Shown: positions 1-9,775, counted from the first letter of the stretch. The stretch is 64,000 bases of DNA from Candidatus Rifleibacteriota bacterium (GCA_012520995.1 JAAYNI010000046.1:42650-106649); one strand, 5' to 3'. Notes: generated by a model from the letters alone, not told the origin. Translations and numbers: made by a program.

Positions 1-1297
1 TGTAGAGGGTCTACTGGCTGAAAACATAAAAATTCTTGATTCTAATGCGAACGATCTGACAAGCCTAATAGAAGACGATGAAATCAAGCTGTTCAATGAA
101 ACTCAGGCACGTCACTTAAAAATTACCACTAACCGCGAAAAATCTCTTAAAGATCGCCTAACTAAAATTCTGCAAAGAGTCTTTGGCGTAGGCAATGTAG
201 AAGTTACTGTTTTTTTAGACATGGACTTCGACAAAAAAGAAGCTCTTAGAGATCTTGTAATTCCGCTTGAAGGAACAAACAGTGGTATAGTTCTTTCCGA
301 AAAGCTTGAGAATGAGGAATACAAAGGCAAAGATCTTGTAGAAGACGGCGAACCCGGAGTAAATTCGAACTTGCCTCCCGGCATGCCAGCCTATCCTTCC
401 ACAGATGAAGGCACCTACAATGAATACAAACGAGCAGGCACTACCAGAAACTATAAGATCAGCCAATCCAAAGAAAAATATATTAAAGAACAGGGCTCGA
501 TACGTCGAATGACCGCATCTGTTGTCATAAGCGGAGATCCTGAGCAGCTTAAAGCGATAGAAGACAAGATTACGGCAATAGCTCAAACAGCTATAGGTTT
601 TGACAAAGAAAGAGGCGACAAAATCACCGTAATGATCACGCCTTTTGAAAGCGAATCTGCCAAAAAAGCTCAGCGAGCTCTTGAATTAAAGAGGCTTCAG
701 GAGAAAAAAATGTTTAAAATATCCATAGCTGTCCTCCTCTCTATACCCATTCTGCTAGGATTAATTTATATTTTAAGCAGGCTTTCCAGAGCGAGGGCAA
801 TAGCCAAAGAGCAAAGACGTCTGCAAGACGCGGAACTCAGAGATGCAGAACTCAATCGTCTTAATGGGCAGCAAAACGAATACAGCCAAAGCCAACGGGA
901 ATTCGTTGATAGCGGATTTCAAAACATTCCCAACCTTTTTCCTGGAATAACCGACCCCGAAGAAAAGAACAACAAACTTCAGGAATTACGTATTCAAGCA
1001 TATCGATATGCTATGGCTAACGATGCTTTGCCCCCTAATTTCGAAAATATGACCCCCGAAGAGAAATATATTTTTAAAGAAGCTTTCACCAAGAAAGCAG
1101 AGGGCTCACTTGCTGCAGGGCTTGAAAATCTGGAAGCTATTTACGACAATCGCGAAAAGCTTAGAGAAGAAGAGCTTGCACGTCTGGACAGCGAAGCTCA
1201 TTCCCGTGAAGAACTTGAGCAACGCATTAGGGAATTAGTCTCCAGCAAACCTGAAGACGCTATAAAAGTTATGCGTCTCTGGCTTGCCAACAGTTAA
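1..1297 (+). CDS. fliF: Flagellar M-ring protein FliF, C-terminal part (5' end lies outside the window)
   Basis: The frame stays open from base 2 with no upstream stop, so the ORF continues leftward out of the window. It has the ...GVGNVEVTVFLDMDFD... block, a second TM helix (MFKISIAVLLSIPILLGLIYIL) and a charged C-terminal tail, as expected for the FliG-binding end of FliF. fliG follows directly. Confidence 0.8.
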   Translation, partial: VEGLLAENIKILDSNANDLTSLIEDDEIKLFNETQARHLKITTNREKSLKDRLTKILQRVFGVGNVEVTVFLDMDFDKKEALRDLVIPLEGTNSGIVLSEKLENEEYKGKDLVEDGEPGVNSNLPPGMPAYPSTDEGTYNEYKRAGTTRNYKISQSKEKYIKEQGSIRRMTASVVISGDPEQLKAIEDKITAIAQTAIGFDKERGDKITVMITPFESESAKKAQRALELKRLQEKKMFKISIAVLLSIPILLGLIYILSRLSRARAIAKEQRRLQDAELRDAELNRLNGQQNEYSQSQREFVDSGFQNIPNLFPGITDPEEKNNKLQELRIQAYRYAMANDALPPNFENMTPEEKYIFKEAFTKKAEGSLAAGLENLEAIYDNREKLREEELARLDSEAHSREELEQRIRELVSSKPEDAIKVMRLWLANS

Positions 1298-1314
1298 TAA
1301 ATACAGGATTCAAA

Positions 1315-2361
1315 ATGGCTGAAGCAGCAGATAAAAAACAAGCAAAAACGAGCGAAGACGCTTCTGAGTTGTCAGGAAGAGCAAAAGCGGCTATTCTAAC
1401 TATTATACTAGATCCCGCCGCCTCAGGTTTGTTAATGCAGGGACTTACTGAAGAAGAGCTGGAAATTCTCACAGCTGAAATGCGAAATCATAAAAAAGTC
1501 TCTACCGAACAAAAAATAGATGTCTTTTTGGAATTCGAACAGCTCATGATGGGCAGAGAGTTTTATGCTGAAGGCGGCTTGGAATACGCCAAAAAGCTTT
1601 TGGAAAAAACATTAGGACCCAAAAAAGCGGCTGAGATAATAAACAAAATCCAAACTCCCAAAAAAATTCAACCTTTCGAAGCGGCGAGACAAGCTGATCC
1701 TCTGGTTGTAGCTTCACTGATACAAAACGAGCATCCTCAAACCATAGCCTTAATTCTTGCTTATCTGCAACCCGCCAACGCAGCCCTTATCCTCCAATCC
1801 ATGCCGCAAGAAACACAGGTAAGAATTGCCAAAAGACTCGCTTTGATGGAGAGAACCAGTCCTGAAATAATAAGTGAAGTAGAAAGGTATTTAAAAGATC
1901 GCCTCACTGCCTCAGCTCAAGAACACACAGACTCTCCAGGCGGGATAGATTCACTGATCAATATTCTGAATGCTGTTGAACGTCCTACTGAGAAAAATAT
2001 AATAGAAACGATGGAAGTTCAAGAGCCTGGCTTAGCAGAAGAAATCAAAAAGAGAATCTTTGTATTTGAAGACGTTATACTTATTGATGACAGAGGCATT
2101 CAAAACATCTTCAAACACATTGATCTTAAAGACTTGGCTTTGGCTCTTAAGGGTGTCAATGATGATGTTCAAGATAAATTCTTCAGAAATATGTCTGAGC
2201 GTGCACGCGAAATGCTAAAAGAAGACATGACATACATGGGTCCAGTCAGAATTGCAGACGTAGACAAAGCTCAGCAGCGAATTGTTGGCGTAATTAAAAA
2301 CCTTGACTCTAAAGGCGAAATAATTATTTCCAGACCAGGCGAGGAGGATTTCGTTGAGTAA
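1315..2361 (+). CDS. fliG: Flagellar motor switch protein FliG
   Basis: 348 aa. Contains EHPQTIALILAYLQPANAALILQSMPQETQVRIAKRLALMER and a C-terminal FEDVILIDDRGIQ...DLALALKG...MSERAREMLKEDM...GEIIISRPGEEDFVE block, the typical FliG middle and C-terminal domains. Confidence 0.9.
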   Translation: MAEAADKKQAKTSEDASELSGRAKAAILTIILDPAASGLLMQGLTEEELEILTAEMRNHKKVSTEQKIDVFLEFEQLMMGREFYAEGGLEYAKKLLEKTLGPKKAAEIINKIQTPKKIQPFEAARQADPLVVASLIQNEHPQTIALILAYLQPANAALILQSMPQETQVRIAKRLALMERTSPEIISEVERYLKDRLTASAQEHTDSPGGIDSLINILNAVERPTEKNIIETMEVQEPGLAEEIKKRIFVFEDVILIDDRGIQNIFKHIDLKDLALALKGVNDDVQDKFFRNMSERAREMLKEDMTYMGPVRIADVDKAQQRIVGVIKNLDSKGEIIISRPGEEDFVE

Positions 2362-2797
2362 TATTTATCCAAGCGAAGAAAGAATTTCAGGTTTGAAAAT
2401 TCTCGCATCAATCATGGAACATTGTGACGCAAGAACCAACAACAATATTATTTCAGGTCTTGCAACTGAACTGCCTCAAATAGCCTCAAAGTTAAAAAGC
2501 ATGCTCTTAAGCTTTGATGATTTGCGTTACGCAAATCCGCAAGGCATAAAACTTTTGTTAAAACAAATCAGCTTCAGAGATCTGGCAGCAGCTCTGCGCG
2601 GTTCCGATGAACGCCTTTTGCCAGTTCTTGCAAAGCATATGTCCAGAAATAACTTACAAGATTTAAGAGAAAAAATAACCTTATCGAACAACATTTCTTT
2701 GGCTGACGTGCAAGAAGCCAGAGAGAAAATTCTTTGCGAAATGTCAGCTTTGATAAAAGAAAACAGGATGTATATAGATAAAAAATGGGCAGAATAA
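2354..2797 (+). CDS. Small FliG C-terminal-domain-like protein (FliG/MgtE_N fold paralogue)
   Basis: TTG start at 2354 with a GAGGAGGA ribosome-binding site 5 nt upstream; overlaps the fliG stop by 8 nt. FDDLRYANPQGIKLLLKQISFRDLAAALRGSDERLLPVLAKHMSRNNLQDLREKI lines up with the FliG_C motif (F-D-L..D..IQ.LL...D.DLA.ALKG...MS.R...LRED). Confidence 0.6.
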   Translation: MSNIYPSEERISGLKILASIMEHCDARTNNNIISGLATELPQIASKLKSMLLSFDDLRYANPQGIKLLLKQISFRDLAAALRGSDERLLPVLAKHMSRNNLQDLREKITLSNNISLADVQEAREKILCEMSALIKENRMYIDKKWAE

Positions 2798-3912
2798 TCA
2801 AAGCTGGACAGCTGGAAATAAACCGAAACAAACCCTATAAAATAGAAAGCAAGCAAGCCTTTCCTGATCTAAAGCCTAAAAAGGCAACCTCAGGCTCAAG
2901 AGTATTTCAAGCTCTCTCACCCGAACTTTTGGCAGGTTTAGGAGAGCAAATAAAAACCTTTGAAACTCCCGAAGCCCCTCCTTCTCTAGAAGATGAAAAG
3001 CTTCATGAAACCATGCTTAATGAAGCTGAATCACTGAAAAAAACGAATGAAACCGCCTCCGAGGAAGATCTCCCTTCCGAGCAAGAAGCAAAAAAGCAAG
3101 AAACTTTATCACAAAATTATGAGCGTAAAAAACTAGAGCTTATAAAAAAAGAAGAAAACCTAAAACTACGAGAAGCCACTATTCAAAAACATGAGCGCGC
3201 ATATTACGAGCTTGAAAAAAAATTTCATGAAGAAACAGCCGAAATACGCAAAAACGCTGAAGCTGAAGCGGCAAACACGCTTAAAATAGCTAAAGAAGCT
3301 GCCGCTTCTATAATGGAATCCGCCAAAGCGGAAGCCGAAGCAATCAAAAAAACCATAAAAATCGAAGAAGAATCCGTAAAAGAAAAAGCCTATAAAGAAG
3401 GTTATTTTCTCGGTGAAGAAAAAGGAATTGAAGCAGGGGAAGAGCAAGGCAGACATGAAGCCGAACTGGATTTCAAAAGCTTGATGCAAGAGGCCGACAT
3501 GCTCATAAAGGAAATACAAAGTTCCAGGACCAGAATTCTAAAATCCGCAGAGGAAGATATGATAAAGCTGGTTTCCGCTTTTGCGAAAGCTGTATTGAAA
3601 ACCGAGCCGCAATTTGACAGGAAAATAGTTTTGAACAACTTGGATGCCGCCTTGGCAAAACTCTCACAAACAGAGAAGTTGACAGTCAGAATAAATATCA
3701 AAGACAAGGCAATGTGCAAAGATCATAAAGATAAGTTCATGACAAAACTCACAGGCAAGCCCGAACTTGAAATAGTAGAAGATCCTGGTTTATTGCCAGG
3801 CGGCATAAGGCTTGAAACTTCATCGGGCGCTATAGACGCGACAATAGAAACACAGACCGCAAAACTGGAAGAAGCTCTCTTTGAAGCTTACAGACTAAGC
3901 ATGGAACAATGA
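2785..3912 (+). CDS. fliH: Flagellar assembly protein FliH with a long K/E-rich N-terminus
   Basis: Sits between fliG and fliI. The C-terminal region (...LPGGIRLETSSGAIDATIETQTAKLEEALFEAYR) matches the FliH/ATP-synthase-b-like stalk. The first ~200 aa are low-complexity and charged. Confidence 0.7.
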   Translation: MGRIIKAGQLEINRNKPYKIESKQAFPDLKPKKATSGSRVFQALSPELLAGLGEQIKTFETPEAPPSLEDEKLHETMLNEAESLKKTNETASEEDLPSEQEAKKQETLSQNYERKKLELIKKEENLKLREATIQKHERAYYELEKKFHEETAEIRKNAEAEAANTLKIAKEAAASIMESAKAEAEAIKKTIKIEEESVKEKAYKEGYFLGEEKGIEAGEEQGRHEAELDFKSLMQEADMLIKEIQSSRTRILKSAEEDMIKLVSAFAKAVLKTEPQFDRKIVLNNLDAALAKLSQTEKLTVRINIKDKAMCKDHKDKFMTKLTGKPELEIVEDPGLLPGGIRLETSSGAIDATIETQTAKLEEALFEAYRLSMEQ

Positions 3913-3913
3913 A

Positions 3914-5221
3914 GTGAAAATCAACTTCGAAGCTTATCAAGAAACTATACTAAAAACAGAGCCTGTCTCCGCAAGCGGGCGAGTAACTCAAGTTGTAGGT
4001 CTTTTAATAGAGGCTACAGGCCCGCAAAATCCCGTAGGCGACCTTTGCAACATTATAACTGAAGAAGGTGCTCTTCCATGCGAAATAGTCGGCTTCAGGA
4101 GAGGCTCTATTCTTTTGATGCCCCTCAAGCACACAGAAGGCATCAGACAGGGAAATGAAGTAGTTCCGGTAGGCACTCCGCTCACAGTGCCAGCTGGTCA
4201 CGAGCTTCTTGGACGTTTGCTCGACGGACTTGGCGAACCATTGGACGATCTCGGTTCATTGCCCTCAGGAATAACAAGAGTTCCAATAAACAGAGAACCT
4301 CCCAACCCATTTTCCAGAAAACGTATAAAAAATGTTCTTTCTACAGGAGTTCGAGTTCTAGACGGTCTTTTGACTATGGGCAACGGTCAGAGGATAGGCA
4401 TTTTTGCTGGTTCCGGAGTAGGCAAAAGCACATTAATGGGCATGATCAGCCGCTCCTCTTCTGCAGACGTAAACGTCATAGGACTTATAGGGGAAAGAGG
4501 CAGAGAAGTCAGAGAGTTTATAGAAAAAGACTTGGGAAAAGAAGGCCTTGCCCGTTCAGTTATAGTAGCAGCCACATCCGATCAGCCTGCTCTGGTAAGA
4601 ATCAAAGCAGCTTTTACGGCAACTGCCATAGCTGAGTATTTCAGAGATCAAGGCAAAAACGTTCTTTTGCTTATGGACTCAGTCACCAGATTTGCTCTGG
4701 CACAAAGAGAGGTCGGACTTGCAACTGGTGAACCCCCATCCACCAGAGGCTATACACCTTCCGTATTTGCCATGCTTCCAAAGCTCCTTGAAAGAGCCGG
4801 CACCTCCCAAAGAGGCACAATAACAGCAATTTACACAGTACTTGTTGAAGGCGGAGATATGGATGAGCCTGTAGCTGACGCTGTCAGAGGTATCTTAGAC
4901 GGGCACCTTGTTTTGAGCAGAACTTTAGCCCAACAAAACATATATCCTGCAGTAGATATTTTAGCAAGCATTTCAAGACTTATGCCTGATATAGCGGAAA
5001 AAGAACATTATAATCTGGCAAACAAAACCAGAAACTATTATGCTACCTATATGAAAAATGCCGACGTTATCAGCCTTGGAGCCTATAAATCTGGTTCGGA
5101 TCCACGTATAGACGAAGCTATAAAAAAACATCCGCTTATAGAAGACTATATCAAGCAGGGGATAAATGAAACCATCACTTTTGATGAAGCTGTCAAAGCT
5201 CTTCAAAAAATAGTATCGTAG
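3914..5221 (+). CDS. fliI: Flagellum-specific ATPase FliI
   Basis: GTG start directly after the fliH stop. Walker A GSGVGKST and Walker B LLLMDSVTRFA are present, with the F1-ATPase beta-like fold typical of type III export ATPases. Confidence 0.92.
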   Translation: MKINFEAYQETILKTEPVSASGRVTQVVGLLIEATGPQNPVGDLCNIITEEGALPCEIVGFRRGSILLMPLKHTEGIRQGNEVVPVGTPLTVPAGHELLGRLLDGLGEPLDDLGSLPSGITRVPINREPPNPFSRKRIKNVLSTGVRVLDGLLTMGNGQRIGIFAGSGVGKSTLMGMISRSSSADVNVIGLIGERGREVREFIEKDLGKEGLARSVIVAATSDQPALVRIKAAFTATAIAEYFRDQGKNVLLLMDSVTRFALAQREVGLATGEPPSTRGYTPSVFAMLPKLLERAGTSQRGTITAIYTVLVEGGDMDEPVADAVRGILDGHLVLSRTLAQQNIYPAVDILASISRLMPDIAEKEHYNLANKTRNYYATYMKNADVISLGAYKSGSDPRIDEAIKKHPLIEDYIKQGINETITFDEAVKALQKIVS

Positions 5222-5231
5222 GAGCTTCAAG

Positions 5232-5687
5232 ATGGCCTTTGTTTTCAAATTGCAAAAGCTCTTGGAGTTAGCCGAACATGAAGAAGAGCAAGTAAAGTTA
5301 GAGCTGGCGGCAAAGGATGCGGAAATAAAAGCCTTGGAAAAAAAAGATCGCGAAGCAGAACAAAAATACAATGCCACAATTGACAGCAGATACGAACATT
5401 TAAAGAATGGCGACATAATTCAGTTAAATATGTGCACAGCATACCTTGATATTATTACTAAAATTAGGTTACAATATAAAGAGGACTTGGCCGATCTCCA
5501 AGCGCAAAGACAGGAGATTGTCCAACGTCTCACAGAAAAGAGAAAAACAACCAAGACCTACGAAAAGATAAAAGAGAATGAAGAAGACAAATATAAAAAA
5601 CACATGCTCAAAATTGAGCAAAAGCAGTTGGACGAATTTGGAAGCAGGTTACGGACATCAGATCCGGAAGGAGAATACAATGCTTGA
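5232..5687 (+). CDS. fliJ: Flagellar export chaperone FliJ
   Basis: 151-aa coiled-coil protein immediately after fliI with a TAGGAG ribosome-binding site. The N-terminus FKLQKLLELAEHEEEQVKLELA is FliJ-like. Confidence 0.65.
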   Translation: MAFVFKLQKLLELAEHEEEQVKLELAAKDAEIKALEKKDREAEQKYNATIDSRYEHLKNGDIIQLNMCTAYLDIITKIRLQYKEDLADLQAQRQEIVQRLTEKRKTTKTYEKIKENEEDKYKKHMLKIEQKQLDEFGSRLRTSDPEGEYNA

Positions 5688-6051
5688 CAACATACAAAAT
5701 GTCACAAACCGCATCGACGTCATCAAAACAAATCTATCAAATCGTCTTCCTGTTATGAATCGTATGGTCTCTTCTGACTTCTCTCAAGAAAATAAAAATT
5801 CAAAAACTATATTTGATAATCAACTTTTAGGTGCAATTGAAATGGGCAGCAAACATATCCGCAACCTAAGGGCAGCTCTTAATAACTTGGTAGCTGAAAC
5901 TTGCATAAAAACAGGTCTTGAGCCTGATGAAGTAAGACAGCTTATTCATCAATTCACAGCAATAGACAAAGCTGATCCATTTTTAATCAATCTAAAGAAA
6001 AGTGCCCCTCGCCAGTTGCGCAATGCTATAAAGCTGGTAAAAATAGAATAG
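5680..6051 (+). CDS. Hypothetical flagellar-operon protein (123 aa)
   Basis: Start moved from the ORF-track position to the ATG at 5680, which has a GGAAGGAGAA ribosome-binding site 6-8 nt upstream. It overlaps the fliJ 3' end by 8 nt. I recognise no family. Confidence 0.4.
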   Translation: MLDNIQNVTNRIDVIKTNLSNRLPVMNRMVSSDFSQENKNSKTIFDNQLLGAIEMGSKHIRNLRAALNNLVAETCIKTGLEPDEVRQLIHQFTAIDKADPFLINLKKSAPRQLRNAIKLVKIE

Positions 6052-6064
6052 GAAAAAATACCCG

Positions 6065-6982
6065 ATGCCCAATCCGGAAGATCTTCTGCCGACTCCGGAA
6101 ACAATCAATGGGGAATCTGGAGCCCCTGCCACTCTAAAAACGAGGATTGCCAAACCTGTGAGTCCTCCTGAAAAACCCTCAATGTTTTTCTCACTCATAA
6201 AAAAAATGGCTTTCCTTGTTTTGCTTTTTGTTTTTATACTTTCTATCCTACTATCCTTGCTGACTTTGGATTTCTTGGATATTTTAGTCTTCAGACACAG
6301 CATTCCTGAAAAGTATGCAGAAAAGCCACTTATAAAAAAATATTTAGACTTTGTCAAACTCCACCAACTCCCGGAAGAAGAAAAATATTACCAACTAATA
6401 TATGAGCAAAGAATGAAATATAATCAGCTCATAACTGAAGGCAGCAGAGATCTCAAAAAAAGAGCCGATCTTCTGGAAAGCTCTTACAGAGATTTGATTA
6501 GAGTTCAAAAAAACAAATATTCCAATGAAATGGAAAATTTACGAAAAGCCAGAGAAGAAGCCGAGCTTGAAAAAAGCAAAACTGCCGCTTTGCAAGCTGA
6601 ACTGGACACGCAAAAAGCCAAACTAGAAAGCGCCAAAGCAGCTCTGGCATCAGAAGCCATCAAAATAGAAGCTGCTCTGATTAAATTCATGGAAAAAGAC
6701 AACCGCTTGGATCAAATTTGCAGCATAGCTGCTCAAATGGAGCCGTTGCCATTGGCCAAAATTTTTGACGAGATCTCAGACGATCAGCTTATATATGACA
6801 TATTAGGCGGTTTGGAGCCAGCTCACTCAGCTAAAGTTTTAGCAGGCATGGATAGAGAAAAAGCTGGCAAAATAATGAGAATAGGCGCAATACCTCAAAC
6901 TGTGCCAGGATATGAAGGAGTTGCTCAAGGACAGCTTCCACAAGAACTGCGACAAGCTCTTCAAAATGCGAAAGACATCTAG
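6065..6982 (+). CDS. Membrane-anchored coiled-coil flagellar protein with MgtE_N-like C-terminal domain (YlxF-like)
   Basis: One TM helix (FLVLLFVFILSILLSLL), a long coiled coil, and a C-terminus (QMEPLPLAKIFDEISDDQLIYDILGGLEPAHSAKVLAGMDREKAGKIM) resembling the MgtE N-terminal/FliG-like fold. Its position after fliJ mirrors ylxF in Bacillus-type fla operons. Confidence 0.55.
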   Translation: MPNPEDLLPTPETINGESGAPATLKTRIAKPVSPPEKPSMFFSLIKKMAFLVLLFVFILSILLSLLTLDFLDILVFRHSIPEKYAEKPLIKKYLDFVKLHQLPEEEKYYQLIYEQRMKYNQLITEGSRDLKKRADLLESSYRDLIRVQKNKYSNEMENLRKAREEAELEKSKTAALQAELDTQKAKLESAKAALASEAIKIEAALIKFMEKDNRLDQICSIAAQMEPLPLAKIFDEISDDQLIYDILGGLEPAHSAKVLAGMDREKAGKIMRIGAIPQTVPGYEGVAQGQLPQELRQALQNAKDI

Positions 6983-8100
6983 TGCTGTTCGAGAGTGATA
7001 TCGGCAATAAAAAGACTCAGAGTTCTTTCAGGATCGTCAGCTGCCCCCTTCATTTTAAGGTCGGTTTCAACCATCATTTCGGAAAAACGCAAAGCTTCAC
7101 TCAAACTGAAATTAACAGCTTGAGAAAGGTTTCTAATCTGCAAACTGTTTGTCAAACCCAAAGAGTCAGAAATTTTTTGCGGTAAATGCGCTGATATTTC
7201 TTGTATCTCTTTGACTATTTCTCTTTTTTGATTATTAGAAGCCCAATCCTCTTTGTCAGCTATTCTGGAATATCGTTTCAAAAGCTGGCTTACAGGAGCC
7301 AGCAAATCAGGTCTGTCAGCTTCAAGGGAAAGAAAAAGCCTTATCAGCCTTAGACGTTTTACCAGCATGAACCAAACCATTTGCGGTGCTTCACCGCTTT
7401 GCAAAAGTTTTTGCAATATTCTGAGCGACTTGCCCGTATCCCTGTCACCAACTGTGTTTAAAAAATCAAAAACATTGTCTTCTTTAGAATAGGAAACCTG
7501 TTTTTTTACATCCTCAAGCGAAATCTGAGCTTTTTTCTTCCCTGCCGAAAGCTTCACCAATTCAGAATAAATAACTGGCAAGCTAGTGCCTGTAAGCTCT
7601 AAAAGCAGCTCTGCCGCCTCAGTGCTTATAGCAGTGCCCAATCTACTTGCTTGCTCTTTAACCCATGCAGGCAATTTATTTGCGAAGGGCTTCCAGAAAT
7701 CTACCTGGTCAGATTGTCGTTTCAGAGCCGACTCAATTTCCTTAGCATGGCGAGAATTTGAAACTTCAAAAAGTATACAGGTATTAGATGGAATCTGAGA
7801 GTCCGAAAGACTTTTCAGAAGGTTTTTACGATCTGCGGCTTTTGCTTCAGAAAAATCCGAAAGATAGAGAAACCGCATATCGGAATTAAAGGAAAAAACA
7901 TTCAGCTCTCCAAAAAGAGCACTCAAATTATCGCTGCTTATTCTTATGTGATTTGCCGCTCTGTTCTCAGGAGCAACATAATTAGAGAGCAAAGACTGTA
8001 GTGCCTGCTCTTTTAAAAAAGGCTCGTTGCCCGCAAAAACATACGCGGGCAACAGAGCCTGTTTTTTTTTAATTATCTGTTCAAATTCTTCAGATTTCAA
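6979..8100 (-). CDS. holA: DNA polymerase III delta subunit
   Basis: N-terminal LLPAYVFAGNEPFLKEQAL... and a clamp-loader delta-like helical domain. It is convergent with the flagellar operon and overlaps its last gene by 4 nt. Confidence 0.7.
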   Translation of the reverse strand: MKSEEFEQIIKKKQALLPAYVFAGNEPFLKEQALQSLLSNYVAPENRAANHIRISSDNLSALFGELNVFSFNSDMRFLYLSDFSEAKAADRKNLLKSLSDSQIPSNTCILFEVSNSRHAKEIESALKRQSDQVDFWKPFANKLPAWVKEQASRLGTAISTEAAELLLELTGTSLPVIYSELVKLSAGKKKAQISLEDVKKQVSYSKEDNVFDFLNTVGDRDTGKSLRILQKLLQSGEAPQMVWFMLVKRLRLIRLFLSLEADRPDLLAPVSQLLKRYSRIADKEDWASNNQKREIVKEIQEISAHLPQKISDSLGLTNSLQIRNLSQAVNFSLSEALRFSEMMVETDLKMKGAADDPERTLSLFIADITLEQH

Positions 8101-8101
8101 A

Positions 8102-9526
8102 TCAGTAAGAATTTTCCATGAAGACCTTATAAGCGCTTACAGAATAATGGTAGTCAACTTTTGAAACAAGTTCAAATGGCGAGTGCAAGCAAAGAGTCGG
8201 CATACAGAGATCCACAACTTCCATGTTGTTGTTGGCAAGCATATAAGCAACAGTTCCGCCGCCGCCTTCCTCAACTTTTCCCATTTCACCGAACTGATAA
8301 GGAATATTTTCCTTATTGAACATTCTGCGGAGGTAACCTAGGAACTCCATGTCCACTTCACTGCTTCCCGACTTGCCATTCTTGCCGGAAAATTTGGCAA
8401 CCCAAGGACCTTTGCCGATTTTGCCTGAGTTCAATGGGTCATAGGCGCTTTCCCACGATGGGTCTATGGCAGCATTGGTATCGATCGAGAGAACCTTTGT
8501 GTTTACAATTGCATTTCTGATTGAAGCAAAATCCGTTTTGCCGGAAGTAGCTTCACAAAGCATAGCCATAAAATCTGCAACCAAATCGGACTGAGCTCCG
8601 TTAGGGCCTGTTGAACCTACTTCTTCTTTGTCGAGCATTAGAGCTGCTGCTGTATGCTCGGGAACATCTATCGAAGCAATAGCTTGAAAACCAGCATAAA
8701 CACAAACTCTGTCATCATGCCCATAAGCACCAATCATAGAGCGATCGAAACCAACTTCTCTGGGTTTATATGCTGGTACCACGCGAATTTCTGCCCACGA
8801 CAAATCTTCTTCTGTGATTTTGTATTCTTTTTTCAAAATCTCCAGAACCATTTTTTTGACTCTGTCCTGTTTTTCTTCTTCCGTACCTGGAGCAGTTCTG
8901 TGCCCCACAAGCAGGTTGAGTTCTTCGCCATGGATCAGTTCTTCGCTGGTTCTCGGCTTTTGAAGTTTGGCGGCAACGTGAGGCGCCAAGTCTGTTATTG
9001 TGAAAACGGGATCATCAGGTTTCTCCCCTATAACAAAGGATATTTCCTTGCCTTCAAGGCTCATAACGTTTACATGCAATGAAAGAGGAACTGTAACCCA
9101 TTGGTATTTTCTTATTCCGCCATAATAGTGGGTTTTGAAAAGAGCCATATTGTGTTTTTCATAAAGCGGATTCGATTTGACATCAATCCTGGGAACATCT
9201 AAATGGGCAGCTACCATGCGAATCCCTTCGCTGATTGGTCTCTTGCCAATAACAGCGAAACCTATCGCTTTGTTCTTATTTATAAAATAAACTTTTGAAC
9301 CAGGCTTTAAAGCTTTTCCAGCTCCAAGCGGCGGCAATTCTTTGAAACCGAGCTTTGCAGCTTCTGCTTTCAGATATTTGAGAGTGGCTCGCTCAGTTTT
9401 ACAAGCGCCCACAAACTTCATATAGTTTGCGACACGTTCATTCATCAATTTTTCTTCAGAGGGCGACAAAAGCTCCCAAGCTGAAGCATTTGAATAAAGC
9501 ACATTTTTATCTTTGGATTCTTGCAT
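8102..9526 (-). CDS. M18-family aminopeptidase (aspartyl aminopeptidase-like)
   Basis: 474 aa. Blocks AAHLDVPRIDVK, GAYGHDDRVCVYAGFQAI, EMGKVEEGGGGTVAY and LHSPFELVSKVDYHYSVSAYKVF resemble M18 (ApeA-type) zinc aminopeptidases. Confidence 0.65.
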   Translation of the reverse strand: MQESKDKNVLYSNASAWELLSPSEEKLMNERVANYMKFVGACKTERATLKYLKAEAAKLGFKELPPLGAGKALKPGSKVYFINKNKAIGFAVIGKRPISEGIRMVAAHLDVPRIDVKSNPLYEKHNMALFKTHYYGGIRKYQWVTVPLSLHVNVMSLEGKEISFVIGEKPDDPVFTITDLAPHVAAKLQKPRTSEELIHGEELNLLVGHRTAPGTEEEKQDRVKKMVLEILKKEYKITEEDLSWAEIRVVPAYKPREVGFDRSMIGAYGHDDRVCVYAGFQAIASIDVPEHTAAALMLDKEEVGSTGPNGAQSDLVADFMAMLCEATSGKTDFASIRNAIVNTKVLSIDTNAAIDPSWESAYDPLNSGKIGKGPWVAKFSGKNGKSGSSEVDMEFLGYLRRMFNKENIPYQFGEMGKVEEGGGGTVAYMLANNNMEVVDLCMPTLCLHSPFELVSKVDYHYSVSAYKVFMENSY

Positions 9527-9775
9527 GTTGTTTCCTTTCCAAATCTAGAATGATTCAGATCAATATATTAATTTAATAGCGTTTGGCTGATATGATATCA
9601 CAGTTGCCTATTTCGTCAACAAAGGCATTATTTTTAACCTGTTATTGAAAATCTGGGATTAACGCCTAGCAACATTGATGCAAAGCCAGATAACAAAGAA
9701 AGCATTGCAGAGTTGTATTGTAAATAATGCAAATTTTAGATGTTAAACAGAACTAGCTTATGTTAATCTTCTGCT

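Noticed and set aside
215-586. 123-aa minus-strand ORF
   Set aside because: Antisense to the continuous fliF reading frame. Low-complexity hydrophobic translation with no start-site support.
9527-9775. 249-bp divergent intergenic region checked for tRNA/sRNA signals
   Set aside because: No cloverleaf-compatible GTTC T-loop/acceptor pattern, no strong promoter or terminator pair, and no repeats. It is probably just a divergent promoter region.
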